From Nitrosopumilus sp. (GTDB taxonomy: Archaea; Thermoproteota; Nitrososphaeria; Nitrososphaerales; Nitrosopumilaceae), in contig OZ242220.1 in NCBI GenBank assembly GCA_965206745.1, forward strand, positions 1,056,001 through 1,120,000: a stretch of DNA of 64,000 nucleotides, in the 5' to 3' direction. How positions within the stretch are numbered: the stretch's first letter is position 1; every line of letters starts with the position of its first letter. The notes beneath the pieces were generated by a model that saw only the letters and a program-made list of their open reading frames with translations, was not told the origin of the DNA and did no database searches. Position numbers and translations under genes: made by a program. Shown here piece by piece: positions 29,713-37,904 of this stretch.

Positions 29713-30369
29713 ATGTTTGTCATTAACTGTAAAAACTATGAAGAGATTGCAGGAGACAAAATCATCAAATTTGTAAAAACAGCAGAGAAAATTTCAAAAA
29801 AATATAAAATAAAGATCGCAATATCACCGCCACAGCACCTCATAGGAGTAGTTGCAAGCAGTACAATTCCAATTTTGGCCCAACACGTAGATGATTCCAA
29901 AGTGGGCAGCACGACAGGCTTTGTAATTCCGGAATTGCTGAAAAAATCCAAAGTCAATGGATCATTGATCAATCATAGCGAGCACAGAATCCCAAGCAAA
30001 GAGATTGAAAAACTAGTCTCAAAGTTAAAACAGCTAAAGATGACATCCATCCTATGCGTCAAAGATGTCGCAGAGGTTAGAAAATACGCAAAACTCAATC
30101 CGGATTACATTGCAATTGAGCCCCCGGAATTAATCGGATCAGGGAAAGCAGTATCTACAGAAAAACCAGAATTGATTGCAAAGGCAGCAGATGCATTAAA
30201 GAGTGCAAAAAACAACACCAAGCTACTTTGTGGCGCAGGAATTGTTTCAGGAGAAGATGTTTCAAAGGCAATAGAGTTAGGATCAAAAGGAATCCTAGTC
30301 GCCAGTGGAATCATCAAGGCAAAGGACTGGAACAGAATAATGACTGATTTTGCCAAATCAATGGTTTAA
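29713..30369 (+). CDS. tpiA: Triosephosphate isomerase, archaeal type
   Basis: INCKNY, AQHVD, NHSEHR, EPPELIGSG and CGAGI motifs. Confidence 0.96.
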   Translation: MFVINCKNYEEIAGDKIIKFVKTAEKISKKYKIKIAISPPQHLIGVVASSTIPILAQHVDDSKVGSTTGFVIPELLKKSKVNGSLINHSEHRIPSKEIEKLVSKLKQLKMTSILCVKDVAEVRKYAKLNPDYIAIEPPELIGSGKAVSTEKPELIAKAADALKSAKNNTKLLCGAGIVSGEDVSKAIELGSKGILVASGIIKAKDWNRIMTDFAKSMV

Positions 30370-30402
30370 TACCCCCTTTCTAAGATTGCTTAATCGTAAA
30401 AA

Positions 30403-33282
30403 ATGAAACAAGTTTACTTTTACGATGAAGGAGACGGTAAAAATAAGAAGCTTCTGGGAGGAAAAGGAGCAGGTCTGTGCGAAATGACCAGATTAAAACT
30501 GCCAGTTCCACCCGGATTTACGATTACAACTGAGGTTTGTAGAAAATACTATGAAAATAACAAAAAACTGCCAAATACCCTCATGGCAGAGGTAAAAAGA
30601 AACATTGCAAGGATAGAGAGAAAGACAGGCAAAGAGTGGAATTCTAAATCAAACCCGTTGCTAGTATCAGTCAGATCTGGTGCGGCAGTTTCGATGCCAG
30701 GAATGATGGATACGATTCTAAATTTGGGATTAAACGATGAGACGGTTCTAGGATTGGCAGAAAAGAGCAGTAATCCAAGATTTGCTTGGGATTCTTACAG
30801 AAGGTTTGTGCAGTTGTTTGGAAAGGTAGTATTTGGCGTAGATGATAAAAAATTTGATGAGGTCTTAGAAGCAGCAAAGAGAAAGCAAAATGTCAAAGAA
30901 GACAGCGAACTAAATGAAGAATCACTAAGAGAGACAGTATCCCAATACAAGCAGATATGTGATAGTCACACAGGAAGAAAATTCCCAACAGGCCCTACTG
31001 AACAAGTGGAACTTGCAATCAAGGCAGTGTTTGGCAGCTGGATGGGAGAGAGGGCAATTGTATACAGAGAGAGAAACAACATTACAAAAAACATCGCAGA
31101 TGGAACAGCAGTAAATATCGTATCGATGGCGTTTGGAAACATGGGAGATGACTGTGCCACAGGCGTCGTGTTTACAAGAAACCCAGGGGACGGAACGCGA
31201 AAGATTTACGGTGAATACCTAATTAACGCGCAAGGAGAAGACGTAGTAGCTGGCGTACGAACAGGAAAGCAGGTAGATGAGATGAAAAAAGATTTGCCAG
31301 AATCATACAAACAGCTAGCAAAAACATGTGAAAGATTAGAAAAACACTACAAAGAACCGCAAGATATCGAGTTTACAATTGAACAAGGAAGATTCTACCT
31401 GCTACAGACAAGAAATGCAAAGATGAATGCAGTGGGAATGGTAAAAACGTCAATTGACATGGTTAAAGAAAGATTAATTGGTAGAAACAAAGCAATTACA
31501 AGACTGCAAGCAGAACAGCTAGAGCAACTACTGCACAGAAGAATGGATCCTGAACAGGTTAAAAATTACACGTTGCTAGCCAAAGGCATAGCCGCATCGC
31601 CGGGGGCAGCAAGTGGGATTGCAGTATTGGATGTCAAGAGGGCAACTGCAATGGGAGAAAACGGCGCCAAAGTGATTCTAATCAGAGAAGAGACAAAGCC
31701 CGAAGACGTCCCTGCATTCTTTGAATCAGTAGGAATTCTAACTAGCAGAGGTGGAAAAACATCGCATGCAGCAGTAGTTGCAAGGGGCATGGGCAAACCG
31801 TGTATCGTGGGATGCTCTAATCTGAAGATTGATCTAGATAACAAGCAATGCAGTGTGGATGGCAAAACAATCCACGAAGGAGACGCAATCACAATTGACG
31901 GCAGTTCAGGAATGGTGTACATTGGAGACATTCCAACCATAGAGCCAAAAGTAAATTCAGACTTTAAACAAATTCTAGAATGGTCACAAAAAGCAAAGAA
32001 GATAGGAATTAGAGCAAATGCAGACACTCCAGAGGGAGCAAAGCTTGCAAGAGAATTGGGGGGTCAAGGAATTGGCCTGTGCAGAACTGAGAGAATGTTC
32101 AACGGAAGTGATAGAATCAATCTATTTGTAGATATGATCATGGCTGAGAATATTGATCAACGTAACAAGATTCTCAGCAAATTAGGAGAACTACAAAAGA
32201 GCGACTTTATTGAAATTCTAAGAGCAATGGAAGGATACGAGGTCACAATCAGACTGTTAGATCCACCGTTGCATGAATTCCTGCCAAATCCAGAAGAATT
32301 AGTAGAAAAAATTCACAAGTTGGAACTAAAGAATGCAGCAAGTGAGATTGCAGAAGCAAGGATTGTTCTAAAGAGAGCAAGAGAACTGGCAGAAGTCAAC
32401 CCAATGATGGGACATAGAGGGGTAAGAGTTGGAATTACGTATCCGGAAATATATGAAATGCAAATTCGTGCAGTATTTGACGCGCTAGTGGAATTAACAA
32501 AGCAAAAAGTAAAAGCACACCCGCAAATCATGATTCCACAAATCAGCAGCATTGCAGAATTAAATCACATAAAGAAAATCTACGACACCATCAAAAAAGA
32601 GACAGAATCACAGCACAAAATGAAATTAAAGATTAACTTTGGAACCATGATAGAAGTAGTAAGGGCGGCACTGACTGCAAACGAACTTGCAAGTACTGCA
32701 GAATTCTTTAGTTTTGGTACCAACGACTTGACTCAAGGAACATTCAGTTTTAGTCGAGAAGACGTAGAAGGTAAATTTCTTCCAGAGTACATGGAAAAAG
32801 AACTTTTGGAGAGAAACCCATTCCAATCAATCGATGTAAACGGAGTAGGCAGTTTGATAAAGATGGGAATCACGGCAGGCCGCAGATTACGACCAAACAT
32901 GGAAGTTGGGATATGTGGAGAACACGGAGGAGATCCAAATTCCATCAAATTTTGTCACGGTGCAGGATTAAGTTATGTTAGTGCATCACCACACAGGATT
33001 CCCATTGCAATAGTTGCAGCAGCACAGGCAGCAATTGAGCAACCATCCAAGGCAAAGTCAAGGGTAAAATCCAAGGCAAAGTCAAGGGTAAAATCCAAGG
33101 CAAAGTCAAGGGTAAAATCCAAGGCAAAGTCAAGGGTAAAATCCAAGGCAAAGTCAAGGGTAAAATCCAAGGCAAAGTCAAGGGTAAAATCCAAGGCAAA
33201 GTCAAGGGTAAAATCCAAGGCAAAGTCAAGGGTAAAATCCAAGGCAAAGTCAAGGGTAAAGTCTAAAACAAAGAAAAAATAA
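30403..33282 (+). CDS. ppdK: Pyruvate, phosphate dikinase with repetitive basic C-terminal tail
   Basis: LLGGKG, SVRSGA, GEDVVAG, GGKTSHAAVVAR (catalytic His), GLCRTE, FSFGTNDL and ICGEHGG motifs. Confidence 0.97.
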   Translation: MKQVYFYDEGDGKNKKLLGGKGAGLCEMTRLKLPVPPGFTITTEVCRKYYENNKKLPNTLMAEVKRNIARIERKTGKEWNSKSNPLLVSVRSGAAVSMPGMMDTILNLGLNDETVLGLAEKSSNPRFAWDSYRRFVQLFGKVVFGVDDKKFDEVLEAAKRKQNVKEDSELNEESLRETVSQYKQICDSHTGRKFPTGPTEQVELAIKAVFGSWMGERAIVYRERNNITKNIADGTAVNIVSMAFGNMGDDCATGVVFTRNPGDGTRKIYGEYLINAQGEDVVAGVRTGKQVDEMKKDLPESYKQLAKTCERLEKHYKEPQDIEFTIEQGRFYLLQTRNAKMNAVGMVKTSIDMVKERLIGRNKAITRLQAEQLEQLLHRRMDPEQVKNYTLLAKGIAASPGAASGIAVLDVKRATAMGENGAKVILIREETKPEDVPAFFESVGILTSRGGKTSHAAVVARGMGKPCIVGCSNLKIDLDNKQCSVDGKTIHEGDAITIDGSSGMVYIGDIPTIEPKVNSDFKQILEWSQKAKKIGIRANADTPEGAKLARELGGQGIGLCRTERMFNGSDRINLFVDMIMAENIDQRNKILSKLGELQKSDFIEILRAMEGYEVTIRLLDPPLHEFLPNPEELVEKIHKLELKNAASEIAEARIVLKRARELAEVNPMMGHRGVRVGITYPEIYEMQIRAVFDALVELTKQKVKAHPQIMIPQISSIAELNHIKKIYDTIKKETESQHKMKLKINFGTMIEVVRAALTANELASTAEFFSFGTNDLTQGTFSFSREDVEGKFLPEYMEKELLERNPFQSIDVNGVGSLIKMGITAGRRLRPNMEVGICGEHGGDPNSIKFCHGAGLSYVSASPHRIPIAIVAAAQAAIEQPSKAKSRVKSKAKSRVKSKAKSRVKSKAKSRVKSKAKSRVKSKAKSRVKSKAKSRVKSKAKSRVKSKAKSRVKSKTKKK
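33045..33260 (+). repeat. Perfect tandem repeat, 9 x 24 bp (ATCCAAGGCAAAGTCAAGGGTAAA), encoding (SKAKSRVK)9
   Basis: 216 bp of identical units with no spacers, in frame within ppdK. Confidence 0.98.
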
Positions 33283-33306
33283 ATAATTCATCAGGGCAAT
33301 ATAATT

Positions 33307-33483
33307 ATGACAAAAAGCATTAGCTGTTCAGATGCAGGCAAAGATTGTGGGTGGTCTGCATCAGCAAATTCTGAAGAAGAATTGATGGAAAAAGTAACCA
33401 GGCATGTCATTGATGAACATAAAGAAATTCAGCTTGATGCAAAGACGATTTCAAACATCAAATCACTCATCAAAGACATCTAG
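33307..33483 (+). CDS. DUF1059-like small metal-binding protein, 58 aa (not in ORF track)
   Basis: Manual translation: MTKSISCSDAGKDCGWSASANSEEELMEKVTRHVIDEHKEIQLDAKTISNIKSLIKDI (C-x6-C...H-x4-H). Confidence 0.88.
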   Translation: MTKSISCSDAGKDCGWSASANSEEELMEKVTRHVIDEHKEIQLDAKTISNIKSLIKDI

Positions 33484-33547
33484 ATACATGTTGGATTTTA
33501 CAGCAAGAGCATAGATTTTAAAACAAAGTAAGATCATTCAAAGTCAA

Positions 33548-34105
33548 ATGCTGCCAAGAATTGAATCAATAAAACAAATTAGACAAAAAATAGGTATTAC
33601 ACAGAAGAAACTTGCAAACATGACAGGGGTAAGTACATCAATGATTAATCAAATAGAATCAGGCAGAAGCAAGCCAAGCTATGAAACGGCCAAAAAGATT
33701 TTTGAAAATCTTGCCAAATTAGAAGGAGAGTCATCATCACATACAGCAGGGGATTTTTGTAGTAAAGACATTGTAAAATTAAAACCATCAAACACACTTC
33801 ATGATGCAATTAAAAAAATGCATCAATCATCAATTAGTCAGATACCAATATTTGACAACACAGATGTTGTCGGAGTGATATCTGAAGACGGAATCGTCAA
33901 GCATTTGGCAGATTTAGGTGAGGCGGAATTAAAAAAAGCCAAACTATCAGATACGATGGAATCTGTTCCACCAATAGTGGATTTTGATACCCCAGCAAAC
34001 GTTCTAGTGCCACTGATAAGATATTCCAAATGCATCCTAATTTCAAAAAAATCAAAAATCATAGGAATCATTACAGCCTCAGATACGTTGAAAATGATGG
34101 AATAA
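33548..34105 (+). CDS. XRE-type HTH regulator with tandem CBS domains
   Basis: IRQKIGITQKKLANMTGVSTSMINQIESGRSKPS; CBS motifs ISQIPI, GVISE and GIITASD. Confidence 0.92.
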   Translation: MLPRIESIKQIRQKIGITQKKLANMTGVSTSMINQIESGRSKPSYETAKKIFENLAKLEGESSSHTAGDFCSKDIVKLKPSNTLHDAIKKMHQSSISQIPIFDNTDVVGVISEDGIVKHLADLGEAELKKAKLSDTMESVPPIVDFDTPANVLVPLIRYSKCILISKKSKIIGIITASDTLKMME

Positions 34106-34504
34106 CTAGTCTTTAGGATGAGAGCATAGTTCTGCCAGTACACCATGCAATGATTTTGGATGAACAAAAGTAACCCTAGTTCCAGCAGAACCAGGTCTAA
34201 TATCACCTAGGAATTGTATGCCACAACCTTCCATTCGCTCCACCTCACCTTCAATATTGTCAGTTTCCAATGCCATGTGATGTAATCCCTGACCCTTCTT
34301 GTCTAGAAATTTCTTGATAGGGCTAGAATCATTTGTTGGCTGCATTAGTTCCACCCTAGCATTTTCTAGATGAATAATTGCAACTTTGACACCTTCAGAT
34401 TCCACTGTTTCAAACTCTACACTGTCAACACCAAGAGCCTGTTGGTATACTTTGGCGGATTCCTCTACATTATTTACTGCAATTGCAATATGATCAATTT
34501 TCAT
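34106..34504 (-). CDS. mce: Methylmalonyl-CoA epimerase
   Basis: IDHIAIAV, ELMQP, GLHHMALE and FVHPKSLHGVLAEL motifs; next to the mutase. Confidence 0.95.
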   Translation of the reverse strand: MKIDHIAIAVNNVEESAKVYQQALGVDSVEFETVESEGVKVAIIHLENARVELMQPTNDSSPIKKFLDKKGQGLHHMALETDNIEGEVERMEGCGIQFLGDIRPGSAGTRVTFVHPKSLHGVLAELCSHPKD

Positions 34505-34926
34505 CTAAAGGATCTCTTTGTTTAGATAATTTATGGGTTTTATTTAATACGTAAACTGATTCTCATCGATCTTACTTTCCATCCATACTGATGCCGATTT
34601 AGCATAAGACAGAAGGAAATCTCAAAATTACAACTCGGAGATGCCTAAATTATCAATATTAGTAGAAAGGAATTTTGGGAGACATGTTCAAAAAATCAAA
34701 TCCAGAATCAAATATTGCCTGAAAGCATGTTTCCAGACACAGAATCCCAGAAATGATAGGATCGTGCCTGACCAGGGGTACTACAGAGTAGAGTACCTCT
34801 ACTCTTCTTCAGGATTAGACAGGGCATCACCTCAAATGATATAGAAACAGGCTATATCGATGAGAGAACAAAGTACAATTCAGAGGATTCAGGCAGAGAT
34901 CAAACAGTTCAAAAATGCAATGAAAT

Positions 34927-36528
34927 CTAAAAGACCTCTTTTGGACGATATTCCCCAAACACTTTACGGAACGTATTGCTAATCTCACCAGTTGTGGCAA
35001 AGGCCTTTGCCGCAGTTACAATGTAGGGCATGAGATTCTCTTCAGTCTCAGCTGCACTCTGCATTGCAGATAATGCCTTTTCCAGCTTTTTAGAATCCCT
35101 GTCTGCACGCAGTTTTTTGAGTGCTTTCTTTTGTTGTATCTCAATCCTGCCATCAATCCGCAACAGTTCTGGCTGCTCTTCATCCTCAGCATACTTGTTT
35201 ACACCAACAATTATCCTTTTAGATTCATCAGTCTCTTTTTTAAGACGATATGCGTTTGCACGAATTTCTGATTGGAAGAATCCCTTCTCAATTGCCTTGA
35301 CAGAACCGCCCATCTTCTGAATTTTTTTGAGGTATTTCCACACATCAGCCTCAATTTGATCACACAGTTCCTCAAGATAATAAGAGCCTGCCAAAGGATC
35401 TGCAGTCTTTGTAATCCCGCTCTCATGTGCTACAATCTGCTGGGTTCGAAGCGCAATCTTTGCAGACTCTTGGGTTGGAAGGGCCAATGCCTCATCACGC
35501 GAATTGGTGTGTAATGACTGAGTACCGCCGGCAACTGCGGCCATGGTCTGTATAGCCACACGAACGATGTTGTTGTTTGGCTGTTGTGCAGTTAGTGATT
35601 CGCCACTGGTTTGGGTGTGGAATTTTAATTGTAATGAGCGGGGGTTCTTTGCATGAAACATTTCCTTTAATATTTTAGCATAAACTTTTCTTGCAACTCT
35701 GAACTTTGCAACTTCCTCAAAGAACTCTATCGTACAGCAAAAGAAAAAGGACAAACGTGGCGCAAAGTCATCGATCTTCAATCCCTTGTCAATACAGGTT
35801 TGAATGTATGCAATTGCATTGGCCAGAGTAAATGCAACTTCTTGGGTCGCAGTACATCCGGCTTCCCTCATGTGATATCCAGAGATGGACACAGGATACC
35901 ACGACGGGACTTTTTCAGCACAGTACTCTATCATGTCGCCGATTAACCGCATGGATGGTTCTGGCGGATAGATGTAGGTGTTTCTTGCAATGTACTCTTT
36001 GAGAATGTCATTTTGGGTAGTCCCACGAAGTTCGTTGCTTTTGAATCCCTGTGCCTCTCCAACTGCAATATAGTATGCCAAAAGTGTGGATGCCGTAGAA
36101 TTAATCGTCATTGAGGAGCTGACCTTGCCTAATGGAATGCCATCAAAGGCAGTCATCATGTCTTTGATGGATGTGATTGAGACGCCGACTTTACCCACTT
36201 CCCCTTCAGATTGTGGAGAATCAGAATCATACCCAATCTGAGTTGGTAAATCAAATGCCATGCTAAGACCAGTTTGGCCTTTTTCAAGCATGAACTTGAA
36301 TCGCTCGTTGGTTAATTTTGCATCGCCAAATCCAGAATACTGCCTCATAGTCCAAAATCGTTCACGGAACATGCCAGGATGAATTCCCCTAGTGAAAGGG
36401 TACTTTCCTGCATCCTCAACGGATCGTTTCTTCGAGGATCCTTGATAAATTCGTTTTACAGGATATTGAGAATCTGTAAAGATTCGCTTTTCAGGCATCT
36501 TTGATTTTGTGGGTTTTTTTGCAACCAT
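34927..36528 (-). CDS. Methylmalonyl-CoA mutase, large (substrate-binding) subunit
   Basis: YPFTRG, WTMRQYSGF, GTTQNDILKEY, SGYHMREAG and QSLHTN motifs. Confidence 0.96.
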   Translation of the reverse strand: MVAKKPTKSKMPEKRIFTDSQYPVKRIYQGSSKKRSVEDAGKYPFTRGIHPGMFRERFWTMRQYSGFGDAKLTNERFKFMLEKGQTGLSMAFDLPTQIGYDSDSPQSEGEVGKVGVSITSIKDMMTAFDGIPLGKVSSSMTINSTASTLLAYYIAVGEAQGFKSNELRGTTQNDILKEYIARNTYIYPPEPSMRLIGDMIEYCAEKVPSWYPVSISGYHMREAGCTATQEVAFTLANAIAYIQTCIDKGLKIDDFAPRLSFFFCCTIEFFEEVAKFRVARKVYAKILKEMFHAKNPRSLQLKFHTQTSGESLTAQQPNNNIVRVAIQTMAAVAGGTQSLHTNSRDEALALPTQESAKIALRTQQIVAHESGITKTADPLAGSYYLEELCDQIEADVWKYLKKIQKMGGSVKAIEKGFFQSEIRANAYRLKKETDESKRIIVGVNKYAEDEEQPELLRIDGRIEIQQKKALKKLRADRDSKKLEKALSAMQSAAETEENLMPYIVTAAKAFATTGEISNTFRKVFGEYRPKEVF

Positions 36529-36532
36529 ATTA

Positions 36533-37450
36533 TCACTTTACCAAAGATTTTGTGATTTTCTCACCAGCCAAGAATGGATCAATCTCTTTTGATTGTAACT
36601 TGGCAAGGTATCTTGAAAACGTTCTATCAGAGACCAGCATATCATCAATCTTTTCTTTGATGTTATTTAAAACAATATCTTTGAGTTCTGCCTCAAGTCG
36701 TTGTAGGTCCTTGGCCTCTTTGAATCCTCTTTTAGATTTCATCATATCTTTTAGGGTTTTGGCAAATACGGCAATGCCAGAATTCTTTTTTACAGATGTT
36801 TTTAAAATCACAGGATTCCGTTTGGAATCACCAATGAAATCACGAACGGCATCAAAGAGCTGGTTTGTTCCACTAAGGTCACTTTTGTTTACAAGATAGA
36901 TATCCCCAATCTCAGTTAGACCGGCTTTGATAGTTTGTATGCTATCGCCGGTGTTTGGGTTGAAGACGACTACTGTGATATCTGCAATGTTTGAGATCTC
37001 AACCTCGGTTTGTCCAGCCCCCACGCTCTCAATTATGATTGGATCAAATCCGGCATATTCTAAAACACGGATACTATTACGCAGTGAACGAGACACTGCT
37101 CCTGTTGCACCCCTTGATGCAATGCTTCGAATGTATGTTCCAGAATCAGTTGACTCGCTCATCCTAACCCTGTCACCTAGGATGGCACCGCCAGTAACAT
37201 GACTGGTAGGATCAACTGCCAATACAGCGGGCTTTATGCCTAATTTTTTCATAGCCATCGTAGTCTTGTTGATAAGAGAGCTTTTTCCGGCACCTGCAGG
37301 GCCAGTAATTCCAATTATAATTGAATTGCCACTAGATTTGAAAATTTTCTTTAATAGTTTTTTAGCTTCGGTTTGATCATTTTCCACAATTGTGATTGCC
37401 TTTGCAATTGCCCCACGCTTTCCCTTTTTTAGGTCAACAAGCAAATCCAA
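36533..37450 (-). CDS. meaB: Methylmalonyl-CoA mutase-associated GTPase MeaB
   Basis: GITGPAGAGKSS, VDPTS, GDRVRM, ESVGAGQ and NKSD motifs. Confidence 0.94.
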   Translation of the reverse strand: MDLLVDLKKGKRGAIAKAITIVENDQTEAKKLLKKIFKSSGNSIIIGITGPAGAGKSSLINKTTMAMKKLGIKPAVLAVDPTSHVTGGAILGDRVRMSESTDSGTYIRSIASRGATGAVSRSLRNSIRVLEYAGFDPIIIESVGAGQTEVEISNIADITVVVFNPNTGDSIQTIKAGLTEIGDIYLVNKSDLSGTNQLFDAVRDFIGDSKRNPVILKTSVKKNSGIAVFAKTLKDMMKSKRGFKEAKDLQRLEAELKDIVLNNIKEKIDDMLVSDRTFSRYLAKLQSKEIDPFLAGEKITKSLVK

Positions 37451-37496
37451 GATATACTAGGTGAATTGTAGGTGCAATAAAATCTTGTGTTCTGAT

Positions 37497-37904
37497 CTAT
37501 GGAGTGGAATAGATTACAGTAGGAACAGGTTCACCCACAGGGTGAATTTCGGTTTTTAGTTGAACGTGTCCCAGTTCCTCATGATCAATTTCCAAGACAA
37601 CAGGATTAACTGCCCAGCCATACTTTGAGACGGCTGGGAATGGGACTATCTCGATGAACTCTGAATCAGAGAATGTTTTTTGAAACGACTCATCCATGCC
37701 AAGGATCTCCAGGACAACAGTTTCAGTTTTGGCAGAACTATCAATGTATGAAATTTCAACATGTCCAGTATCATAGTAAATTGCCTCTACGGCAAACGTT
37801 TGGCGGAGAATATCCTTGTCATCTGTTGCGCCTCCGGTCAGAAGTACAAGTGCCAATATTGTGAAAACTCCAAGAAAGATTGGAGGGCCAAGTCTTTTAG
37901 CCAT
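37497..37904 (-). CDS. Exported or membrane-anchored hypothetical protein
   Basis: N-terminal hydrophobic segment; 8-bp overlap with the aminopeptidase gene end. Confidence 0.75.
   Translation of the reverse strand: MAKRLGPPIFLGVFTILALVLLTGGATDDKDILRQTFAVEAIYYDTGHVEISYIDSSAKTETVVLEILGMDESFQKTFSDSEFIEIVPFPAVSKYGWAVNPVVLEIDHEELGHVQLKTEIHPVGEPVPTVIYSTP

Noticed and set aside
32973-33253. Minus-strand repetitive ORFs (DFTLDFAL)n and (TLPWILPL)n
   Set aside because: These are antisense shadows of the stop-free ppdK repeat.
33045-33260. 24-bp repeat array as a CRISPR array
   Set aside because: Units are contiguous with no spacers, lie in frame in ppdK, and no cas genes are present.
34641-34844. 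67-aa + strand ORF between mce and the mutase gene
   Set aside because: No motif or recognisable family; treated as non-coding pending conservation data.
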